From a virus (lineage: Duplodnaviria > Caudoviricetes): a stretch of 40,008 nt of DNA. Under the pieces are notes generated by a model. The model was not told where the DNA came from, did no database searches, and saw nothing but the letters and a program-made list of their open reading frames with translations. The stretch covers positions 1-40,008 of IMG/VR virus record IMGVR_UViG_3300024219_000010, one strand, 5' to 3'. This document shows positions 10,240 to 18,940 of the stretch, one piece after another. Within the stretch, counting starts at the first letter, position 1; each line of letters starts with the position of its first letter. The translations under genes and the position numbers were made by a program.

Positions 10240-10712
10240 CACGCTAGTCCTCTCGAATACTTGTATATTGCACCGAAGCGAGTGAAGCCCATATGGTTGT
10301 AGAGTGCCCATACGGCTGTGCTATCAATGGATGCTATGTCACCACTCTGTAGTAGCAGTGCACCCTTAGCATCCAATGCCCAATGGACTAGACCCTTCAT
10401 CAGTGCCATAGCTATCTTGGCTCTACTAGATGTGCCTTCTCGCACATACCATGCATCTTCATACGCAGACAGCTTAGGACTGAAGTAGAACTGCGACACA
10501 TGACCTGCTACAAACCCGCATGGTCTATCCTCATCATCATATGCCATGCGAAGGTAGTAGTCATCACGCTCCATCAGTCCTCTAGTCATCTGCATAGTAA
10601 AGTCCCAATCGAACTCAGGACCACTCATGCCAAATGTGCCTGCTTCGACAAGCTCCTTACCTAGCTGCACGATATAGGCTACGTTCTCACCAGTGATTGA
10701 CTCAATCCTCAC
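10239..10712 (-). CDS. GNAT-fold protein (degenerate motif A)
   Basis: PCGFVAG strand, EDAWYV, LYNHMGF C-terminal motif. Position matches the GNAT-like genes T7 gp13 and P22 gp14. Confidence 0.75.
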   Translation of the reverse strand: MRIESITGENVAYIVQLGKELVEAGTFGMSGPEFDWDFTMQMTRGLMERDDYYLRMAYDDEDRPCGFVAGHVSQFYFSPKLSAYEDAWYVREGTSSRAKIAMALMKGLVHWALDAKGALLLQSGDIASIDSTAVWALYNHMGFTRFGAIYKYSRGLA

Positions 10713-11464
10713 GTGAGCGTTACTTTACCAATACGGTTGCCATCAACGTATGCATCCATCTGAGTGCCTGTCCACACGAATGCAGTAGCATGATTACCAT
10801 TCGGCAGATCATCATACTTCCAACCATCACCATTGATGATACCAGTCACTACAGTAAGTGCATTGCATGTATGCAATCCACTAATGACAGCGTGTCCTGC
10901 ATTGAGGGCGTCTGTCACATCAACACCTGCTCCTGTGACATGGAGCCTCACAGTGCCATTGATCACATGATCAACTGCACTGCTGATGAGATTGAGTGTT
11001 CCTGCTGTAACGTTTATGCCATGTGAGGTAGAATACAGAGAGATGTGCTTCGATGTGTCAGTATTCGAGCTTGCTACGAAATTGCCAAAGTCTAGACCAT
11101 TCCGTAGTGACAGTCTACCTGTCATAAGATCACCAGACTTCTTCACTGCATCTGGTATCGTATAGCCTGTTCCACCTACAAGTGTCCAATAGCTGGGATG
11201 TGCTATTCTGTCTGCTGAGAAGGTGCCACCTCCACTAGTATGCGACACATTGCAGTTCCAAATAGTAGATGCAGGCACCTCTACAACTACCTGTCCTACA
11301 GTGTAGCTAACACCATTATCCCATGCACCTGTAAAGCCAGGTATAGCAATGAACTGTCCCATCACTGCATCAATGATGGACAGATTACCATCCATGTTCT
11401 CTGTCCACGGTGTTTGGTTCTCAACCGGGATAACCATCTTCATGTTAGGTGTATAGTCAACCAT
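10709..11464 (-). CDS. Tail needle/short fibre protein with carbohydrate-binding-like module
   Basis: AWDNGVSYTVGQVV...WNCNVSHTS...PSYW resembles CBM5/12; KKSGDLMTGRL fibre repeat; follows nozzle gene. Confidence 0.6.
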   Translation of the reverse strand: MVDYTPNMKMVIPVENQTPWTENMDGNLSIIDAVMGQFIAIPGFTGAWDNGVSYTVGQVVVEVPASTIWNCNVSHTSGGGTFSADRIAHPSYWTLVGGTGYTIPDAVKKSGDLMTGRLSLRNGLDFGNFVASSNTDTSKHISLYSTSHGINVTAGTLNLISSAVDHVINGTVRLHVTGAGVDVTDALNAGHAVISGLHTCNALTVVTGIINGDGWKYDDLPNGNHATAFVWTGTQMDAYVDGNRIGKVTLT

Positions 11465-11467
11465 TGG

Positions 11468-13168
11468 CTATCTCCGGATGCTACCATGTAGATAGGCTAT
11501 CGACACGCTGATGAACCGCAATCGTCTCCTTGCAGCACCAATCATCCTCAGCTTCATCAGCTTGAATTTCGTATTGAGTGCATACAGACGTTCCTCGCTC
11601 GTGCGTCTACCACCACCCCAAGGTGTTATGCCATAGTCACCAATACCCCATCCAGCACCATCACCACCAACGAATGGGAATGAGAGCATAGGTGCTCTGT
11701 TCCCTTCATTGTCAAACACCTTGTTGTCTACATACACTTCGCACGTGAACTCAGCCTGACCTTGTGTATCGAAGGACAAATACCGTGTGGTCTTAATGTC
11801 CATACGATGTTTGAAGTCAGCCCAAGGCAATTCCCACTCGAAGTTGACAGCCTCTCCATTACCGCTGTTCACAACAGGATCATTGCGTCTGTCTAGAACA
11901 AGATCACTATCGAAGTCGTATGCATATAGCTTGTTGCCACGACTGAAGATGATGTTCTGTAGACTAGTGCGACAAGCAGACTGCCATATCCATCCTCTCA
12001 GTCGTGCCCATGCTTGCACCTTCAGCGTAGGGATGTTCGTATAGCTGAAGCACACTGTCTCAGTGATCACACTACCAGTATACACAGGAGCGAACAACAT
12101 ATATCTGAAGTTGCGTAGATCGTAGATAGCAAACACATGCAGATCAATTTGTGCTGTTGTCAGATTCTGCATCGTCTCAGTGACCAACGGATCAATTAGA
12201 TGACTAGCTCTAACAGGTCTGAGTGTATTGAAGATATTGACACGAGTGATCGAGTTGACACCCACGTTGTCGTTGAAGAAGGTATCATCCCCCACCGATA
12301 CCAACGAGCGATGGGAGAGACAGCCAAATTCCTCAATGAAGCCATCATCTGTAGGTGTATGCACTGCTGGTGATCCGGTGTATACACCGAGGTTGAGCGG
12401 CAATACACCACGCTCGAATGTGATGAGTAGCTTATCACGATATGCCACCATGCCTGTGATCGTAGATGAGCCAAGCGACACTCGTGGACCTACATCTAGC
12501 TTGATGCCATCATTGGGTGCTGGATCACCAACATATGTGCCACTCGTATCTATATTACTAACAAAGATGCTGCTAGGATCAGTGCTCACACCCGCAATCA
12601 CCGTATAACGTCCATGTGCTATCACGAACCTACCCACTGGCGTATTGACATTCGACAGTGTAGCTAGGTCTTGTAGATACAGCACCTGTAAGTAATTAGG
12701 ATCACTTGGTCTACCTGCTACAATCAATGGCTTGTCTCTACCATTGACTATGATCAGGTCTGAGTTGAATACAGTGAAGTCTACGAATGTGATACCAGCA
12801 GGCCATACAGGTGTAGTATGTGCAGGCTCCAAGAAGCGCACCGTGACATTTCCAGCACCATCTGTAGTAGTGATATTGCCACTGGCTTGCACAGACCACA
12901 CCAGTCCTGCGAAGTAGACATGATTGATTATGTCGCTTGTATCAGCGATGTTGTCTGTCAATAGCACAGTGCCAGGACGCACAGACAGTGAGCCATCTGT
13001 GCCTCGTTCCAGATTATCAAGCACCCTAGCAAACTTAGGCGACATATTAAGATCGGTGTCGGTGATGTTGAGACCACCTTCAAACGATCTAACAGTGCTG
13101 ATCTGTAGGTTGCTCTGTGGCTGCTGACCACGAGGATTGAGATTACCGCTGGTCTTCGTCAGATACAC
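11468..13168 (-). CDS. Tail nozzle / DNA stabilisation protein (tail tubular B, P22 gp10-like)
   Basis: N-terminal FEGGLN...LDNL...GSLSVRPG, GCLSHRS motif, beta-rich 566 aa, position in tail module. Confidence 0.8.
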   Translation of the reverse strand: MYLTKTSGNLNPRGQQPQSNLQISTVRSFEGGLNITDTDLNMSPKFARVLDNLERGTDGSLSVRPGTVLLTDNIADTSDIINHVYFAGLVWSVQASGNITTTDGAGNVTVRFLEPAHTTPVWPAGITFVDFTVFNSDLIIVNGRDKPLIVAGRPSDPNYLQVLYLQDLATLSNVNTPVGRFVIAHGRYTVIAGVSTDPSSIFVSNIDTSGTYVGDPAPNDGIKLDVGPRVSLGSSTITGMVAYRDKLLITFERGVLPLNLGVYTGSPAVHTPTDDGFIEEFGCLSHRSLVSVGDDTFFNDNVGVNSITRVNIFNTLRPVRASHLIDPLVTETMQNLTTAQIDLHVFAIYDLRNFRYMLFAPVYTGSVITETVCFSYTNIPTLKVQAWARLRGWIWQSACRTSLQNIIFSRGNKLYAYDFDSDLVLDRRNDPVVNSGNGEAVNFEWELPWADFKHRMDIKTTRYLSFDTQGQAEFTCEVYVDNKVFDNEGNRAPMLSFPFVGGDGAGWGIGDYGITPWGGGRRTSEERLYALNTKFKLMKLRMIGAARRRLRFISVSIAYLHGSIRR

Positions 13169-13337
13169 TGGCTTGGTGTCCTGCCTGAACGTTTCTCATC
13201 TCGAACTGCACACATTGTGTCTGTATCGACTGAATGAATGGAGCACTCAACTTGTATGGTTGCTCTCCAAGCATTCCCATGACTGCCTCCCATTGACCTG
13301 CTGAGAGCGTCACTGCAATCATGTCATCTCTATTCAT
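13143..13337 (-). CDS. Small protein, possible fibre-associated chaperone
   Basis: 64 aa, ATGA-coupled to upstream spike gene; LGEQPYKLSAPFIQSI resembles small proteins often found after fibre genes. Confidence 0.55.
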   Translation of the reverse strand: MNRDDMIAVTLSAGQWEAVMGMLGEQPYKLSAPFIQSIQTQCVQFEMRNVQAGHQASVSDEDQR

Positions 13338-15376
13338 GGACCAATTATTCCTCTGGCTGTGAGATCAGCAATCAATGCAGCAACAGCAGCGGAGGTCTGA
13401 GGTAGTGTAGCTGTTGCACCATCTAGTGCTACCCTATTACCATTGGTTCCAACACCCCATCCTGTTGCACGCGGCATGGTATAGGTGCCAGTCAGATTCG
13501 GACCGTTCGCGTCGCACTCATAGCGGAAGGTTGTCCGGTCGGTGAGTCCGACTGTCAGCGTTGTTGCCGTCGCCGCAAGTGTCGTGATGGCACCAGTATC
13601 GCCGACCGCCGCGACATTGCACATCGGAACGCCAGGATAGGGCTGCGTAAACGTCAGCGCGCAACCCGTGGCTCCAGCACCGGCACGAATAACGCCTGCT
13701 CTGTCATTCGAGTTTGTCGCCTGAATGACTGGAGATGTTCCACAGGCGCTTAAATTCGTCGCTGACACACCGAGCGGACTATAGTCGTAAACCTTAGTGA
13801 ACTTAGCCGATGCAGCTCCGACTTGCAGCCAACCGCCAGTCGGTTGTGCATTGATTGGCCATGGCCCTTGAATGAAGGCGTTCGCCACCGAGTTTGTGCT
13901 GTCAGTCCCTACCTCGATATGCCCGAGCGTGCTCATGTAAACGCCGTTCAACATGGTTTGCGATCCGAGACTCGCAGTACCAGTGCCAACCACACACGTC
14001 ATTCCAGACGGCGCCGTGCATGTGATCGGCGATCCCGTCGTATAGGCAGTCGGATACTGGATTGTTATCACTGCGGCGGGTGAAGCTGCGCGAATGTAGT
14101 TCTTCGACAACTGCCACGCTAGATTGATCCGCATCGCCAGTGCTTGTGAAACCTTAGTCGGCGTATCACCAGTTTGCAGCGTATAGCTAATTGCGAGCGG
14201 CGAGCCAGGAATATTAGTAGCATCAGTAAAGGTCACTTTCGCAACCTGACCAGGCGTAATGCTACCGGACCAGGTAACAGTCGGCGGAGAAGCAGCCGGC
14301 GCTGCACCAAGATAGTAGTTTACCTGCTGTGGACTATCACCATTAGTTGACATTGTGTTGGTAAACCAGATACCGCCGCCCGTGCTTTCGTTCGTGAACC
14401 CCTTGTCATAGCCATTGGATGTAACGCCAGTGAAAACCATTTGCCCGGCACCGCCGAGAATACGCACACCCGCAGTGTCCACCATGCCATTAGCATAGGT
14501 CGATGAATGTCCTTCAAACGTAGTATTAGTAACCCAAACGCTCAACGAGTTATTGGAAACCAGCCCATAGCCATACTGAAACGAGAATGAATTGATGATT
14601 TGAATACCGTTGCCATTGTCGTGCAGATTGAATGCTGCTCCTGGCCGTGACGCATCACCAGCAGAAGCACTGCCGCTGCGATAGTAAGGCTCAAAGCGTG
14701 CGCCTGAAACACTGATAATATCTCCGATGCCCTGCGCCTCAAAACCGCTCAGCGCGCAATCGCCGTTGACATTATTCAGGGTAACTCGTCCGACGAATGT
14801 CTTGAAGCAACTGTTGAAGCCAACGACGAACACGTTATCAATCACGATGCCGGGCGCATTCGTGTTTGCCATCAACACGCCAACGCTATTCTCGGCAAGC
14901 CAAGTCTGCACTTGTGAATTAACCTGCGCCACCGTTGGATTGCGGATCAAATCCTTGCGACGGATGGCCAATGAGCGGAGTTCTGATCCAGCATTGAGCC
15001 GCACAGTGTAAAGCGGATTAACCGCCAGCCCAGACCCTGACATGAGGATCGCAGCAGTCGCGCCGTTCAACGATCCAGGACCTGATACGCCTTCCAAACG
15101 GACATTGGCCGGAATGATCAGATCAGCACTATCAATCAGGCAGTGCTTGCCGGGTGCAATCTGCGCCGTGGTTCCACTGGTGAAGTTTGCCAGCGCGGCA
15201 TTCATCGCTGCTGTGTCGTCCGTGCCGGCTGTTCCATCCCAATCACACTTCACACTATTACCAGGGAACTGGGGGCGACCGTTAATGCTCTCGAAATTCG
15301 GGCGTCCGCCTGGAGTTTGCGCGGTTGCTACGCCGACCACAAATAACCATGTCAGCACAAGGATCAGACTACGCAC
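13334..15376 (-). CDS. Tailspike-like parallel beta-helix (pectin-lyase fold) protein with N-terminal signal peptide
   Basis: GTG at 15376 has GGAGG 6 nt upstream, giving MRSLILVLTWLFVVGVATA/QT. DGTAGTDDTAAMNAAL beta-helix cap motif; Asn/Gly/Thr-rich repeats; ALIADLTARGII C-terminus. Confidence 0.75.
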   Translation of the reverse strand: MRSLILVLTWLFVVGVATAQTPGGRPNFESINGRPQFPGNSVKCDWDGTAGTDDTAAMNAALANFTSGTTAQIAPGKHCLIDSADLIIPANVRLEGVSGPGSLNGATAAILMSGSGLAVNPLYTVRLNAGSELRSLAIRRKDLIRNPTVAQVNSQVQTWLAENSVGVLMANTNAPGIVIDNVFVVGFNSCFKTFVGRVTLNNVNGDCALSGFEAQGIGDIISVSGARFEPYYRSGSASAGDASRPGAAFNLHDNGNGIQIINSFSFQYGYGLVSNNSLSVWVTNTTFEGHSSTYANGMVDTAGVRILGGAGQMVFTGVTSNGYDKGFTNESTGGGIWFTNTMSTNGDSPQQVNYYLGAAPAASPPTVTWSGSITPGQVAKVTFTDATNIPGSPLAISYTLQTGDTPTKVSQALAMRINLAWQLSKNYIRAASPAAVITIQYPTAYTTGSPITCTAPSGMTCVVGTGTASLGSQTMLNGVYMSTLGHIEVGTDSTNSVANAFIQGPWPINAQPTGGWLQVGAASAKFTKVYDYSPLGVSATNLSACGTSPVIQATNSNDRAGVIRAGAGATGCALTFTQPYPGVPMCNVAAVGDTGAITTLAATATTLTVGLTDRTTFRYECDANGPNLTGTYTMPRATGWGVGTNGNRVALDGATATLPQTSAAVAALIADLTARGIIGP

Positions 15377-16644
15377 AGAACACCTCCATTGCTCCAAATA
15401 TCTCCTGTTACCAAACCTGCGCTCGATGTCGGCAGGCTGGCCGCGTTGATTGTCCCATTGCCGCGGACGGTCAGTCCCGGCACAGCGATTGAATTGCCGG
15501 AGAAGTTCAAGGCTGTGAAATCAATGCCACCCGCAACAGTAGGTGTTGCATCACCAACAGGAAGGATGGCGCGCATGATGTAGCCAGTCGTCGATAAGGG
15601 CCAATGACCGCCTTGCCTGCCGAGAGAGATCAGCGTTTCCCATCCGGTGCGGTTGGCAAAGGCTTGGCAATCAAACGCTAGCGCAGCGTTGTCCCTAGCA
15701 ACTGATCCCGTAGCGCCATCAATCAGGGTGATTAGTATCCCCTTGCGATCCATGACTGACGAGCCAGCCTCGTTCCATATATCGAATTCGGCGCACACCC
15801 CTGCACGCCAGTTTGTGGCAGAGGGACCCATATGCATCACCGGATTAAAAGCAAAATTGGTCCCCTTGCCGTTTGCGAGGTTCGGTGCCGTTCCCCCAGC
15901 AGTAACCATCACGTCTGATTTAAGAACTAACCCTACATAATTCGCGCCAAATCCAGTATCCGTAGGTTGCGAACTCAGAGTGTATTGAAGACTGGCGGCT
16001 TGTCGATTGCCCTGGATGTTCGCGCCGGACCCGGTCATCTTCACGAACAGACCAGCTAAACTGGTGTTAGCATCCATTGTTACGTTTTCGACTGATTGGA
16101 GAAACACAAGCGACGATTGAGGCCCGGTTGAGCTGCCTGCATACGTCTGGTTCATGAACAGCGCCGCATCAGTGCTAGCAGCCCCGGTGATCGCATATGG
16201 ACCAGACAGCGTTATCTGCTTTCTCGCCGAGATGGTGCTGTTCGCACCACCGAGTTGCAGCATCGATGTGCCGGCACTATTGCGGAAATTGAAAAGGCTC
16301 GATGTGCCACCCAAGGTCAGTAGGAAGTTGCCGGTTCCGCTCGCGGCAATCGCCTGACTGGTGCTACCGCCACCTCCGAGCGTCAATGTTCCTACAACAT
16401 TCAACGGACCAGTCACTGTTCCACCAGCCAATGGTAGATATGCACCACCAACTGCTGTGATGACTACTGAGTCTATATACTGCTTAGTCGCTGCATGGAA
16501 TGGATCAATGGGATCACCAACGAGCGTCAAATAGCCAGTCATAGTGTCGCCACTACGAAGCACACGCTCAGCGAATGCCGCATTGAGCTTATCAGCCCGT
16601 AGAGGGTCTTCACCACGTGTGAAGCTAATCGCTGAACCGCTCAT
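15364..16644 (-). CDS. Tail fibre protein
   Basis: VLRSGDTMTGYL..GDP...AATKQYID and YLPLAGGTVTGPL fibre motifs; LPTSSAGLVTGDIWSNGG C-terminal motif. Confidence 0.8.
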   Translation of the reverse strand: MSGSAISFTRGEDPLRADKLNAAFAERVLRSGDTMTGYLTLVGDPIDPFHAATKQYIDSVVITAVGGAYLPLAGGTVTGPLNVVGTLTLGGGGSTSQAIAASGTGNFLLTLGGTSSLFNFRNSAGTSMLQLGGANSTISARKQITLSGPYAITGAASTDAALFMNQTYAGSSTGPQSSLVFLQSVENVTMDANTSLAGLFVKMTGSGANIQGNRQAASLQYTLSSQPTDTGFGANYVGLVLKSDVMVTAGGTAPNLANGKGTNFAFNPVMHMGPSATNWRAGVCAEFDIWNEAGSSVMDRKGILITLIDGATGSVARDNAALAFDCQAFANRTGWETLISLGRQGGHWPLSTTGYIMRAILPVGDATPTVAGGIDFTALNFSGNSIAVPGLTVRGNGTINAASLPTSSAGLVTGDIWSNGGVLCVV

Positions 16645-17342
16645 GCCAATGGGTCCTGATCCAACACGAAGAATGTATCATCCATCTGATCCAGCAACTG
16701 ATCAGATGGGAACCTAGGATCGAGCATCAATGAATGCTGTGAGAAGTTGGCCTTCATCTGCTTCCTTCGATTAGTGGCTAACACCTGATACTTATTCACC
16801 TGTGCAGGCACAGTGCCATCATCGACTGCATACATCCAACATGCATCGTATGAGATCAACAGTGGATCAAGATATACCTGATCAGTGCCACTTGCTGGGA
16901 ATGGTGTGCGTTGACGAGCACACACCACTACATTACCTGTAGCTCCAGCAGGCCATACGCGAAGTGGTCTATGTGGTATAGTGCTATCTGCACTGATGAA
17001 TCGTGGAGCACCAACACCAGTCAATGCAAATGGATTAACTGACTGTGGCAATTCAGGTATCTTCAGATTGCTGCCATCACGATACACAGCGAACACATCA
17101 CCATAATCATCTATGGCACTGATAGGTCCTTGCACATCCGCAGCCAACAATCCTGTAGCAGAGTCGATGGGGACCTGTTGATACATCATCAACCGAGGCC
17201 ACCACATCTCTTCAATCTCTAGCAGTATGGCATTCTGCACCATCTGCTGAATACGAGGAGTAGCGTATATCTGTGTGGCCAGTCCAGGAACTTGTGAAAG
17301 CTCATTGATGACCGAACTGACTACATCATTGACTGTGGTCAT
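16641..17342 (-). CDS. Head-tail adaptor (tail tubular A-like)
   Basis: 233 aa, first gene after the capsid-operon terminator; helical N-terminus, LRVWP motif; GAGGAG upstream. Confidence 0.65.
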   Translation of the reverse strand: MTTVNDVVSSVINELSQVPGLATQIYATPRIQQMVQNAILLEIEEMWWPRLMMYQQVPIDSATGLLAADVQGPISAIDDYGDVFAVYRDGSNLKIPELPQSVNPFALTGVGAPRFISADSTIPHRPLRVWPAGATGNVVVCARQRTPFPASGTDQVYLDPLLISYDACWMYAVDDGTVPAQVNKYQVLATNRRKQMKANFSQHSLMLDPRFPSDQLLDQMDDTFFVLDQDPLA

Positions 17343-17354
17343 GGTCTACTCCTC

Positions 17355-17396
17355 AAAGAACTAGCGATGTAGAACAGTCGATGCCTACATCGCTAG
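17355..17396 (-). terminator. Rho-independent terminator after capsid/decoration genes
   Basis: 12-bp inverted repeat CTAGCGATGTAG (17361-17372) / CTACATCGCTAG (17385-17396), followed on the - strand by TTCTTT. Confidence 0.8.
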
Positions 17397-17423
17397 CCCA
17401 TCAAGCTACACTGTGGCTCACAG

Positions 17424-18104
17424 CTACGCAGTGTATTGCCTGATACCATGCAAACCACCATTGTTGCTGGTGTTCACATCATTGAGGAAGTCGAACACGG
17501 CACTGATGATATTCGTTCCATTCAGTGTCGTGGTAGGCGTATACAGTCCACGAGGATCACCTGTCGTAGCAGTCTGTGGATCAGTCAACACACCAGCAGT
17601 CAATGTGCCAGCCGCAGCAGATGCACCATTGGCGATCTCATACTCACACCGTATGCACTTATACGGCAGTCCTAGGCGTGCTCCACTGCCTACATTGATG
17701 GTCGTAGCAGCAGTGGTGCCAGTGATGACAATGTTGTTGAAGTCCTTGAATGCCTTCACACCAGCTACAGCAGTCGTGCCTGTCAGCGTAATGCCTTCAC
17801 TGATTGGCTGATGTAGATAGTCCCAACCATTGATGGTCAACCCAGACGTGGCAGCACCACTGGCCACGATGCTAATGTTGCGGCCATACGTCTCTGGAAA
17901 GGCTGCTACCGTGCTGAGATCAGTGGTGCCTACTGCTGCAATACTTACACCACTAGCTACGAGTGTAGCACTAGCAGCAACAGGTGCACCGAAGTTGACA
18001 CGGGTCTTCCCATTGTAGTTCACGTCCGCACTATACTGCATAGCAGGGACATACATGTTGATCCTACGAGGAAAGAACGTAGGATTGGTCATCACATTGG
18101 CCAT
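17424..18104 (-). CDS. Virion structural protein, probable capsid decoration/cement
   Basis: Thr/Ala/Gly-rich beta protein in the unit downstream of the capsid gene, before the terminator. Confidence 0.55.
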   Translation of the reverse strand: MANVMTNPTFFPRRINMYVPAMQYSADVNYNGKTRVNFGAPVAASATLVASGVSIAAVGTTDLSTVAAFPETYGRNISIVASGAATSGLTINGWDYLHQPISEGITLTGTTAVAGVKAFKDFNNIVITGTTAATTINVGSGARLGLPYKCIRCEYEIANGASAAAGTLTAGVLTDPQTATTGDPRGLYTPTTTLNGTNIISAVFDFLNDVNTSNNGGLHGIRQYTA

Positions 18105-18514
18105 TATTCGATCCTCTCTCCGTCAAGTGTAGCCAATCCACCCTGTTTAGGACGTGGCCTGTTGCTCTGCCTGTTCTCTACGATCTCCTTAGGAGTCAAT
18201 GCCAAGTGAGGAGGCACAAGCTCACCACTGTTCATGTCGATCAGTGCTGGGCCTTCAATCACTCCAATGCGCTGCAACTGATCTACATCGTCAGCAGCTA
18301 CGAACATGCTATGGCCTTGTGGGAAGTAGACCATATAGCCTTCGTAGAACTCCTCACGCTTAGGCACTATCTTACGAGCAATGATCTGCTTGTTCTTCAG
18401 AGGACCAACCTCACGGATGTCCTCTTCAATGTGCATCACTGTCCGATAGAATGTGCCTGTGACCTTCTCAGCTTGGAATGTAGGCTTGAAGTCTACATTG
18501 CTGTGTCCGCTCAT
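18104..18514 (-). CDS. Hypothetical protein (capsid operon)
   Basis: 136 aa, overlapping start/stop junctions on both sides. Confidence 0.7.
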   Translation of the reverse strand: MSGHSNVDFKPTFQAEKVTGTFYRTVMHIEEDIREVGPLKNKQIIARKIVPKREEFYEGYMVYFPQGHSMFVAADDVDQLQRIGVIEGPALIDMNSGELVPPHLALTPKEIVENRQSNRPRPKQGGLATLDGERIE

Positions 18515-18930
18515 GCGATCACCACAACATTCGACTCAGGAGCATCTGTAGAGCCAATAGCATTGGTTGCAGTCACAATGCACACCGCAGACTTACCAAC
18601 ATCATCAGGCACAACTGTGATGGTCTCTGCCACACCTAGATTGGCACCATCTACATACCACTGATATGAATACGAGGTAGGCTCACCTTCCCAATTGCCC
18701 ATAGTGCAAGAGAGTGTAGTGCCTTCCTGACTTGCATACGGCACATCGACATTCACTGGTGCTGCTGTAGGAGCCTCACCACTTTCCTCACCCTTCTCTT
18801 TGAGTGCTGCAATCACATGTTCCTGTGCCTGTGTAACAGCCCTATGTGTCACACGAGGATCAGTAGCTGCTGCTGTGGTATACACATCTACATCAAGCAA
18901 TGGCTTTGGGGCCTCTGGTTCGTCACTCAT
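18511..18930 (-). CDS. Ig-like domain protein, probable head decoration
   Basis: APVNVDVP...GTTLSCTMGNW..EPTSYSYQW...DVGKSAVCIVTATNAIG Ig-like pattern; immediately after the capsid gene. Confidence 0.7.
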   Translation of the reverse strand: MSDEPEAPKPLLDVDVYTTAAATDPRVTHRAVTQAQEHVIAALKEKGEESGEAPTAAPVNVDVPYASQEGTTLSCTMGNWEGEPTSYSYQWYVDGANLGVAETITVVPDDVGKSAVCIVTATNAIGSTDAPESNVVVIA

Positions 18931-18940
18931 CCTATGTCTC

